A model generated the notes under the pieces. It was not told the DNA's origin. It ran no database searches and saw only the letters and a list, made by a program, of their open reading frames with translations. Position numbers and translations under genes: made by a program. Positions 9,113-16,079 of a stretch of 38,929 nucleotides of DNA are shown here, piece after piece (the stretch's first letter is position 1; every line of letters begins with the position of its first letter). The stretch lies in contig JAYVYV010000083.1 in NCBI GenBank assembly GCA_043783985.1, positions 1 to 38,929 on the forward strand, written 5' to 3'. Source of the DNA: Acidobacteriota bacterium (GTDB lineage Bacteria; Acidobacteriota; Vicinamibacteria; Vicinamibacterales; CAVVIG01).

Positions 9113-9654
9113 CGCGCCTCCCGCTCGGCTAAAGCCTTCGCGCTGCGGGCGTGATCGGCGCCTTGATGTAGCGCGACGGCGTTGGTCGAGCGTTCGACCG
9201 CGGCTTCTACGGCCTCGAAGATCTGCTGGTAGCCCGTGCAGCGGCAGAGGCAGCCGGCGAGCGCCTCCCTGATCTGATCGCGCGTCGGGTTGACGTGTTC
9301 GTCCAGCAGCGCCTTCGCGGTGATCAGAAATCCCGGCGTGCAGTAGCCGCACTGCGCGGCGCCGAGGTCGGCGAACGTCTCCTGCAGCGGGTGGAGGCGG
9401 CCGTCGGTGACGAGTCCTTCGACGGTGAGCACCTCACGCCCGCCGCACTCGACGCCCAGCACGAGGCAGGAAAGGACGGGCTGGCCGTCGAGCAGCACGG
9501 CGCACGCGCCGCATTCCCCGAGCTCGCACCCGTGCTTGGTCCCGCAGAGATGCAGGTCCTCACGCAGCACCTCGAGGAGAGTCTTGTAGGGGGCGAAGGC
9601 CACGTCGACCGGTTCGGCGTTCACGACCAGGGAGATCTGGATCATGGGATTCAC
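9109..9654 (-). CDS. (2Fe-2S)-binding small subunit of molybdenum hydroxylase (HcrC/CoxS-like)
   Basis: Two cluster motifs: CELGECGACAV..C and CGYCTPGF..CRCTGY. Start is GTG 9654 or ATG 9645. Confidence 0.9.
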   Translation of the reverse strand: MNPMIQISLVVNAEPVDVAFAPYKTLLEVLREDLHLCGTKHGCELGECGACAVLLDGQPVLSCLVLGVECGGREVLTVEGLVTDGRLHPLQETFADLGAAQCGYCTPGFLITAKALLDEHVNPTRDQIREALAGCLCRCTGYQQIFEAVEAAVERSTNAVALHQGADHARSAKALAEREAR

Positions 9655-9656
9655 GC

Positions 9657-9707
9657 TTTCAGAATTCGGATTTCAGATTGGTGTTCAGAGTGGATTTCAG
9701 ATTGGTG
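9657..9707. repeat. 7-bp tandem repeat, family B
   Basis: tttcaga attcgga tttcaga ttggtgt tcagagtgga tttcaga ttggtg. Spans the tetR 3' end and the tetR/2Fe-2S junction. Confidence 0.9.
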
Positions 9708-10294
9708 AGGCCGGCGACGGCATAATCGGCGACCAGCGCGGCGATCTGCTGCGGCGACTGGGATCCTTCAGGTCGAAACCAGTGCGCGGTCCAGTTCAGC
9801 GCGCCGAGAAACGCGCGCGTCGCGATGGTGGCGTCGGTCGCGTGCAGCGCCCCCGACCGGACGCCGCCGGCCACGAGCGCGCGTACGCCGCGCTCGTACG
9901 TGTCCCTCTTGGACACGATGCGGGAGCGGAGGCCGGGCTGGAGGGCGTTGAGTTCCAGGTGCGCCGCCGATCCTTCGACTTCGTCGACGAGGCACAGGAC
10001 GTGCGCGACCGCCATGTCGTGCAGGCGCGCGGGCAGCGGCCGGCGACCCTTGCGCGCCGCGGCGAGGGCTTCGAGCAGCCGGTCCGCGGCGCGGTCCTGG
10101 CAGAAGAAGAGGAGCTCGTCCTTGCCGCGGAAGTAGTGATAGAGGTTGGCTGGGGAGAGATCGGCGGCGACGGCGATGTCGCGCATGCCCGCGGCGGCGA
10201 AGCCGCGCGCACGGAAGACACGCGCCGCCGCGCGCATGATCGCCACGCGGCGGGCCTCGGCGCGAAGTGAACGGCGGTTCGAAAAGTGAACCAC
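9659..10294 (-). CDS. TetR/AcrR-family transcriptional regulator
   Basis: N-terminal HTH RRVAIMRAAARVFRARGFAAAGMRDIAVAADLSPANLYHYFRGKDELL. First gene of the Mo-hydroxylase string. Confidence 0.85.
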   Translation of the reverse strand: MVHFSNRRSLRAEARRVAIMRAAARVFRARGFAAAGMRDIAVAADLSPANLYHYFRGKDELLFFCQDRAADRLLEALAAARKGRRPLPARLHDMAVAHVLCLVDEVEGSAAHLELNALQPGLRSRIVSKRDTYERGVRALVAGGVRSGALHATDATIATRAFLGALNWTAHWFRPEGSQSPQQIAALVADYAVAGLTNLKSTLNTNLKSEF

Positions 10295-10299
10295 CGTTC
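10263..10299. promoter_or_regulatory. candidate operator: two tandem AAGTGAAC-N4-GTTC half-palindromes
   Basis: gaagtgaacggcggttcg (10263-10280) and aaagtgaaccaccgttct (10282-10299), 19 bp apart, straddling the tetR start codon. Confidence 0.3.
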
Positions 10300-10452
10300 T
10301 ACTCTAGCAGAGCCGGCGGCGCGCGGGCCAGGGACCACGGCGGTGGCCGGGCGCGCGGCCAAACGACCGGGATCCGTGGGCGTTCCGCATTCGGCCGGCG
10401 TCGGAGCCCCGCGCCCGTGCGGGTGGAGACGCACCCGGGCCATAATCGACGG

Positions 10453-11637
10453 ATGCGGTGGTTGAAACTCGTCGCGGCGGCGGCGACGGTCGCGCCGATC
10501 GTGCTCGCGCTGCGGCTGTTGTCGGTCAGCTTCGCCGGCATCGCCGCGCCGCTGCTGCTCCTCGACGTCGTCGTCGTCGCGCGGCTGTGGGGAACGGGGC
10601 CCGCACTGGTCGCGGCGGCCTCGGGCGCCGGCGCGTATTCCTATTTCTTCCTCCCGCCGGCCGGATTCAAGATCGAGGACGCCGAGGACTGGATCGCCTT
10701 TGTCACCTTCATCGTCACGGCGGTCATCGCCGGCGAACTGGCGTCGCGCGCCGAACGACGCGCGGCGGAGGCACAGGCGGGACGCCAGGAGATCGAGCGG
10801 CTGTATCAGGAACTGCGGGGCGCGTTCGAACGCGCGAGCGAGGCGGAGGCGGCGCGGCGCAACGAGCAGCTGAAGGCGGCGCTGCTCGACGCCCTCACCC
10901 ACAACCTGCGGACGCCGCTGACCTCGATCAAGGCGGCGGTCACGGCGCTCATCTGCAGCGACGTCCGGAACCCGGTCTCGGAGTTGCCGGCCGAAGGGCG
11001 GCGGGAGCTCCTGCAAGTCATCGACGAGGAGTCGGATCGCCTCAACCGGTTCATCGGAGGACTCGCGACGCCGGAGCGCACCGAGCCGGGGCAGCCGATC
11101 CACCTGCGCGCGGTCGCCATCGACTCGATCGTCGCGTCCGGGCTGCACCGCGCCGAAACCGTCACGCGGGATCATCGTGTCGTCGTCTCGATGGACGAGG
11201 AGATCCCGGCCGTGTCGGCCGACGCGGCGTCCATCACCGAGGTGGTCTACATCCTGCTCGACAACGCGAGCAAGTACGCGCCGCCCGGCACCACGATTAC
11301 CGTGAGCTCCGCGCGTGAAGATGGGCGAACCGTCCGGATCACCGTGTCGGATGAGGGACCCGGAATTCCCGCGGCGTTGCGCGAGCGGGTGTTCGAGAAG
11401 TTCTTCCGCGTGCCGGTGCGCGAATCGCACGACCCGAACCGGGGCGGCGTCGGACTGGGCCTGCCGATCGCGCGGCGCCTGGTGGAGACGCAAGGCGGAC
11501 GCATCTGGATCGCCGAGCCCCTGTTCGGGCGGGGGACGACGGTCGCGATGACGTTGCCCGCGGCCGCGGACGCCGACGTGGAACGCCTGAAGTCTGAAGT
11601 CAGAAGTCTGAAATCTGCGGAGCAAAGGACGGCGTGA
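10453..11637 (+). CDS. sensor histidine kinase, KdpD C-terminal type (DUF4118-like membrane domain + HisKA + HATPase_c)
   Basis: Hydrophobic N-terminus. H-box LLDALTHNLRTPLTSIK, N-box LLDNASKYAP, G-boxes DEGPGIP and GGVGLGLPIA. ATG 10453 chosen because the upstream ORF-track part is Arg/Gly-rich noise. Confidence 0.85.
   Translation: MRWLKLVAAAATVAPIVLALRLLSVSFAGIAAPLLLLDVVVVARLWGTGPALVAAASGAGAYSYFFLPPAGFKIEDAEDWIAFVTFIVTAVIAGELASRAERRAAEAQAGRQEIERLYQELRGAFERASEAEAARRNEQLKAALLDALTHNLRTPLTSIKAAVTALICSDVRNPVSELPAEGRRELLQVIDEESDRLNRFIGGLATPERTEPGQPIHLRAVAIDSIVASGLHRAETVTRDHRVVVSMDEEIPAVSADAASITEVVYILLDNASKYAPPGTTITVSSAREDGRTVRITVSDEGPGIPAALRERVFEKFFRVPVRESHDPNRGGVGLGLPIARRLVETQGGRIWIAEPLFGRGTTVAMTLPAAADADVERLKSEVRSLKSAEQRTA
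11587..11617. repeat. 7-bp tandem repeat, family B (CTGAAGT/CTGAAAT orientation)
   Basis: ctgaagt ctgaagt cagaagt ctgaaat ctg, inside the last codons of the kinase ORF. Confidence 0.85.
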
Positions 11638-12335
11638 TGACAACGATCCAGGAGAAATCGCGGGTGCTGGTGGTGGACGACGAGGCGCAGATCACGCGGG
11701 TGCTGCGGACGGTGCTGACCAGCCAGGGCTACGAGGTGCGTACGGCGGCGGAAGGGCAGGCGGCGCTGGCGAGCTTCGCGGAGTTCAGGCCGGAGCTGGT
11801 CATCACCGATCTCTACATGCCGCACATGGACGGCCTCGAGCTGTGCAGGCGGATCCGCGCGCTGTCGGGAGTGCCGATCATCGTCTTGTCGGTGAAAGGC
11901 GAGGAGCGCACGAAAGTGGAAGCACTCGACTCCGGCGCCGACGACTACGTCACCAAGCCATTCGGGATCGACGAGCTGCTCGCGCGCGTCCGCGCGGCGC
12001 TGCGGCGGGCCGGGGACGAGACCGAGATGGCCTCGTTCGAGGCGGGGGAGTTCCGTATCGACGTCGAAGGCCGGCGGGTCAACGCGCGCGGCCACGAAGT
12101 CCGTCTCACGCCCAAGGAGTTCGAGCTGTTCGTCTACATGGCGCGGCACCCGAACCGCGTGATCACGCACCGCACGCTGCTCGAAGCGGTGTGGGGGGAA
12201 GGGTCGCAGGAACAGCCCGAATACCTGCGCGTGTTCATGGGGCAGCTGCGAAAGAAGCTCGAACCGGACCCGTCCAACCCGCGCTTTCTGGTGACGGAGC
12301 CGTGGGTGGGCTACCGGTTCAACCCCAACGGGTGA
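11634..12335 (+). CDS. OmpR/KdpE-family response regulator
   Basis: Receiver domain (VLVVDDE, ..ITDLYMPHMDG, ..SVKG) plus winged-helix output (LTPKEFELF..., VGYRF). GTG 11634 or ATG 11637 overlaps the kinase stop. Confidence 0.9.
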   Translation: MMTTIQEKSRVLVVDDEAQITRVLRTVLTSQGYEVRTAAEGQAALASFAEFRPELVITDLYMPHMDGLELCRRIRALSGVPIIVLSVKGEERTKVEALDSGADDYVTKPFGIDELLARVRAALRRAGDETEMASFEAGEFRIDVEGRRVNARGHEVRLTPKEFELFVYMARHPNRVITHRTLLEAVWGEGSQEQPEYLRVFMGQLRKKLEPDPSNPRFLVTEPWVGYRFNPNG

Positions 12336-12340
12336 TCGCG

Positions 12341-12375
12341 TCCGAATCTGAAGTCTGAAGTCCGAAATCTGAAAT
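12341..12375. repeat. 7-bp tandem repeat, family B
   Basis: tccgaat ctgaagt ctgaagt ccgaaat ctgaaat, immediately left of the island boundary. Confidence 0.9.
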
Positions 12376-12376
12376 G

Positions 12377-12401
12377 GTGGAGCGGGCTACGGGGATCGAA
12401 C
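12377..12401. repeat. distal att direct repeat (duplicate of tRNA-Gly 3' end)
   Basis: Identical to 20512-20536. Similarity stops abruptly on both sides. Confidence 0.85.
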
Positions 12402-12529
12402 TCTGTTAACGCGTGTTTTCCAAGTGGTGGTGGCGCGCGACTTCTGGCGATAAGAGTTTGATCCTCAGCGATGTGCGACGTTGAGGCAGTTCACGTGAGT
12501 GCTCCACGTTCTCCGGAAATCTCCCCACG

Positions 12530-12552
12530 TTCTGGAGATATTCTGGACACGC
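12530..12552 (+). promoter_or_regulatory. candidate integrase arm-type site (tandem TTCTGGAnA), partner at 20449-20471
   Basis: ttctggagatattctggacacgc versus ttctggagacattctggacacgc (22/23 identical). The two copies lie 129 bp and 41 bp inside the att repeats. Related copies ccacgttctccgga / ccacgttctggaga lie at 12504-12538. Confidence 0.4.
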
Positions 12553-12748
12553 TCGGTTTCATCATCGGCGGCGTTTCGCTTGCTCAACCCTCGCCGTCCT
12601 TCGGCCACTGCAGGCCGGTCGATTGCTACCACGAAGCGTCGTCCTCATCCAAGTTTTCGATGGTTACTGAGAACTGATGTGGTCGTCGGGGGCCGTTACC
12701 GGTTTTCGGGCAGAGGACCGGATCGCTCCGGCCCTCACCCTCGAACGG

Positions 12749-13993
12749 CTAGCGCGACGAAGGCGCCGCCGGCGTCACATGGATCAAGGTGCCGGGATTG
12801 CCGTCTTCCAGCATCCACAACGAGCCATCGGGAGCTTGTTCCACATCGCGAATGCGCTTGCCCACGTTCCAGCGCTCGGCGGACTTCGCTCCGCCGTGGC
12901 CGTTGAAGACGATGCGGTTGAGGGAGGTGGTCGCCAGGCCGCTGACGAAACCGCTGCCGTTCCACTGCGGGAAGGTCTGCGTGCCGGTGTAGAACATCAG
13001 ATTGCCGGGCGCGATCACTGGCGCCCAATAGAGCACCGGCTTCGCCAGATCGGATCGCGTGTCGGGGCTGGCGATGGGCACGCCGTTGTAGTTTGGACCG
13101 TAGGACACGAGCGGCCAGCCGTAGTTCTTTCCCTTCTCGATCAGGTTCAGCTCGTCGCCGGCCCGGGGGCCATGCTCCACCTCCCACAATTCGCCATTGG
13201 GCGAAAACGCCAGGCCGTAGGGCGTGCGGACGCCGCTCGCCCAGGTTTCAGCCGGCGTCATGTTCTCTCGGGGAAACGTATAGGTGCTCACCACCTTCTC
13301 GGTCTTGGCGACTTCAGTGTCCATGGGCGGATCGATCAGGGAAATCGTCGCCGCGCCGGTCTTGCCAAAGTTGGGATTGCCCGGCGCAGGTTTGCCATCG
13401 AGCGTGAGGCGCAGGATCTTGCCCACCGGCTGATCTGGCTCCTGAGCAGGAGTCATGCGCTGGCGGTCGCCGACCGCGAGGAACAGAGACTGGCCGTCGG
13501 GCGAGAAGGCCACCGCCGCACCTTCCTGCCCGCCCTTGCCCCTGGGCATCTGGCGCCAGAGGACTTCGAAGTTTTGCAGTCTCGCGGAAGTGGCGGTGGC
13601 AACGAGCTTCGCGCGCGCCAGCGCCAGGCCGCCGCCGTAGTCACCCGGCTCCGCATACGTCAGATAGATACTCTGGTCGGTGGCGTACGTGGGCGAGATG
13701 AAGACGCCGTGCATGCCGTTTTGACCGCTCCAATAGACCGCGGGCGTGTTGGCGACCGGGCTGATCTTTTGACCCTGTGCGGAAACCAGCCATACCGGTC
13801 CGACCTTTTCGGTGATCAGCATGCGGCCGTCGGGCAGGAAGGCTATCCGCCACGGTAGTTCAAATGTTGACACCGTCGTCATGATGAAGGGCAGGCTGGC
13901 CTCGGCCTTCTGTTGGCCAACATTGACCTGAGCCAGGGCCGCCGACGAGCCCAGAGTGCACAGCAGCGTCACTCTCGCTAATTTCACAGTCAT
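12749..13993 (-). CDS. PQQ-dependent sugar dehydrogenase (soluble glucose/sorbosone dehydrogenase family), secreted
   Basis: GLAFSPNGELWEVEHGPRAGDELNLIEKGKNYGWP and other beta-propeller motifs. Signal peptide KLARVTLLCTLGSSAALAQ. AAGGAGAG Shine-Dalgarno lies before ATG 13993; GTG 13987 or GTG 14020 are alternative starts. Confidence 0.85.
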   Translation of the reverse strand: MTVKLARVTLLCTLGSSAALAQVNVGQQKAEASLPFIMTTVSTFELPWRIAFLPDGRMLITEKVGPVWLVSAQGQKISPVANTPAVYWSGQNGMHGVFISPTYATDQSIYLTYAEPGDYGGGLALARAKLVATATSARLQNFEVLWRQMPRGKGGQEGAAVAFSPDGQSLFLAVGDRQRMTPAQEPDQPVGKILRLTLDGKPAPGNPNFGKTGAATISLIDPPMDTEVAKTEKVVSTYTFPRENMTPAETWASGVRTPYGLAFSPNGELWEVEHGPRAGDELNLIEKGKNYGWPLVSYGPNYNGVPIASPDTRSDLAKPVLYWAPVIAPGNLMFYTGTQTFPQWNGSGFVSGLATTSLNRIVFNGHGGAKSAERWNVGKRIRDVEQAPDGSLWMLEDGNPGTLIHVTPAAPSSR

Positions 13994-14016
13994 CTCTCCT
14001 TGTTTCAGCATCTCCG

Positions 14017-14907
14017 TCACTTCGGCATCGGGATCGAAACGGCCTTACCGCTGCCGCGCTCGGCGATCCAGATCGTATCGCCCGCCGGTTCGACGGCGGT
14101 CGGCGTGTTGAGTCCTTCCTTGAGCACTGTGACGATTCCCTTGTCGCCGGTGACCGCGATCGCCGAGATCTTCCCGGCGCCATTCTCCGCAACGAGGAGT
14201 TTGCCGTTGGCTGCGCGCATCCCGTCCGGCCCTTTCAGCGGTTGATCCAGCACAATCTCGATTGCCGGCGCCGCCTTGCCCCTCGCGTCGACCGGCACGC
14301 GGTACACCTTGTTCGTGCGGACGTTGTTCACGTAGAGCGTGCCGTTCAGAAACGTGATCCCGTCGACGCCGGCGAGCGCCGCGCGGTCCTCCAGGAACAG
14401 CTCGGCCGCAGACGCGCCGGCCGCCAGCTTGAAGATTTTGGCATTACCGGTGTCAGTAATGTACAACGCCTTGTCGGCGCCGATCGCGAAGTCATTGCAG
14501 ACACTGTTGTCGCCAGGCAGATCCCAGCGGAGCTTCTGGGCGCCCGTCGCAATGTCGAACCCTCGTAGCGCGGTGTGGCGCTGCGCCGGCATGCTTGGCA
14601 CCGGCGTCAGCTGACAGGTCCACAACGTGTTGGTCGACGCATCCGCGAGCATGCCGAGGAAAAAGGTGCCTGGGCCTTCGCCGCTGGCGTCAATGAACTT
14701 CTCGGCGGTGGTCGAGCCGGCGCGGACCTTGTACACGAACGGCGTGCTGGCGCTTCCCACGATCAGCACTCGGCCTGGTGCGACAGTCAAACTCTCAGGA
14801 TTTGATTTCGCGTCGGCGATCAGAATGTCAGCGGCGGCGACGGTTTGCGCAGCGCCCGCCATCATGGCAACGCAAAGTGCAAGGCGTCGTACGTTCGAAA
14901 TGAGCAT
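14017..14907 (-). CDS. secreted beta-propeller protein (SMP-30/gluconolactonase/LRE-like or NHL-like)
   Basis: Signal peptide MLISNVRRLALCVAMMAGAAQTVAA. Repeated blade-like motifs (ALYITDTGNAKIFKL, TLYVNNVRTNKVYRV, KLLVAENGAGKI). AGGAG lies 8 nt upstream of ATG 14907. Confidence 0.6.
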   Translation of the reverse strand: MLISNVRRLALCVAMMAGAAQTVAAADILIADAKSNPESLTVAPGRVLIVGSASTPFVYKVRAGSTTAEKFIDASGEGPGTFFLGMLADASTNTLWTCQLTPVPSMPAQRHTALRGFDIATGAQKLRWDLPGDNSVCNDFAIGADKALYITDTGNAKIFKLAAGASAAELFLEDRAALAGVDGITFLNGTLYVNNVRTNKVYRVPVDARGKAAPAIEIVLDQPLKGPDGMRAANGKLLVAENGAGKISAIAVTGDKGIVTVLKEGLNTPTAVEPAGDTIWIAERGSGKAVSIPMPK

Positions 14908-14938
14908 CGTCAAATCTCCTGAAAGTCGTTCGTGGAAG

Positions 14939-15500
14939 TTATCTGGATGAGTGCGCACCGGCGACGAGCACCGGAGCCGCGCGATACAGGTCGGGCGACA
15001 GCCGCTTGAGATCGTCGATCTTCGGGAGATCGTTGATGGCGATGTAGCGGTACGTCGGGTTCGGCGTCAGGAAATCCTGGTGATAGCCCTCGGCTGGATA
15101 GAACGGACGGTCGGGTTCGATTTTGGTCACGATCGGTTTCTTGAATGCGTGCGTTTGATCGAGCTGGGCGATGTAAGCCTTTTGCGACCTCCGCCTGCTC
15201 GCCGCTCGTGGGGAAGATCGCCGAGCGATACTGCGTGCCGATGTCCGGCCCCTGGCGATTCAGCTCCGTCGGATCGTGGACGACCGAGAAAAAGATCTGT
15301 AGCAGCCGTCCGTAGCTGATCTGGCGGGGATCGTAAGTGACCTGCACGCATGCCCCGTCCTGCCGGTGCTGACCAAGTCGTACGCGGTCTTCTTCTCGCC
15401 GCCGGCATCGCCGGAGACTGCGTTGCTCACGCCTTTGACGTGCTGGAACACGCCCTCTAGCCAAGAGTGAACGCGTAGACATGGACGCCGGGGCCGGGGA
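14939..15500 (-). pseudogene. msrA: peptide methionine sulfoxide reductase MsrA, disrupted
   Basis: MsrA homology is split over three frames: [24 protein letters not shown], then [45 protein letters not shown], then [36 protein letters not shown]. The catalytic GCFWG region is missing or interrupted by TAG. Confidence 0.7.
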
Positions 15501-15774
15501 AGTGGCGCGCTTCGCGAGGTCGCCGCTGGCCGAATTGGTTCGCAAGGAGCTTGAACCGTAATGAACGTCGTCAGAGTACACGGCGACGTGTACGACGCAT
15601 ACGAAGCACCGTCGCCAGTGTCGTCTCCCGCGTGCAAACGAATCATCGGGCAAATCGTCCAAGGCACGAGTCGTAACGGTTACCGTGCGTGTGGCCTCGC
15701 CTTAGCACTGCTTCGAGCGGAGCGCGGTCTTGGCTCGGCGAGGAGGCTAGACGGTTCGCAAGCGTGAACATCGG

Positions 15775-15960
15775 TGGTGCTCAATGTTCCATCGTAGTTC
15801 CTTATTAACAGACATAAGAGGACTTTGTATTCTACAAATGTCCATTAACGAACATGTTGCTTGTAAATGGAACACGCGGACATATCTGCGTTTTATGGCC
15901 TGATAATGAGTTATTTGTCCTGTACTACCAATTTTAGTGTTCCGTAATGAGAATCCATCG
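15775..15960. other. AT-rich non-coding patch upstream of the S8 peptidase gene
   Basis: My hand count gives 67 G+C in 180 nt (about 37%) over 15781-15960, in a much GC-richer context. It contains the nested palindrome tccattaac-gAACATGTTgctt-gtaaatgga at 15840-15871. Confidence 0.6.
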
Positions 15961-16079
15961 CGGATCATCGCCTTTTGTTAGGCGACGGCGCGGTCGCGTA
16001 ATCTCCATCACCTCAACGACTTATGCGAGACGCACGGCCGAAGCTCGAACTGGCCGCCGCTTTGCGATGCCTTATCACG

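Noticed and set aside
7064-9154. Long antisense or alternative-frame ORFs. Examples: 233-796, 1051-2040, 1850-3100, 6699-8075, 7064-9154, 9796-11643, 20839-21933, 22157-23275, 23868-25508, 31774-33573, 33110-36493.
   Set aside because: They are Arg/Ala/Gly/Pro-rich with no recognisable motifs. Each lies opposite or out of frame to a gene with clear family signatures. This is the typical stop-codon-poor noise of high-GC DNA.
6644-9352. 80-aa N-terminal extension of the Mo large subunit in the ORF track.
   Set aside because: The extension overlaps the 2Fe-2S gene out of frame. The canonical N-terminus MRIIGTPRRRVDG begins at ATG 9112, with an ATGA overlap and a GGGAGG Shine-Dalgarno site upstream.
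12441-12465. aagtggtggtggcgcgcgac as a remnant of another tRNA 3' end. It resembles the aagtggtgggcgc of tRNA-Val.
   Set aside because: No T-arm (GGTTCGAAYC-like) sequence follows it. The similarity is limited to about 9 nt.
12471-12677. 68-aa ORF at the island's left end sharing SGDILDT with the integrase C-terminus, as a possible integrase fragment.
   Set aside because: The similarity is limited to the 23-bp TTCTGGAnA repeat itself, and nothing else resembles an integrase.
15747-15968. 73-aa minus-strand ORF inside the AT-rich patch as a small protein gene.
   Set aside because: There is no Shine-Dalgarno site, no recognisable motif or hydrophobic segment, and the composition is that expected from AT-rich non-coding DNA. 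It remains only a remote possibility.
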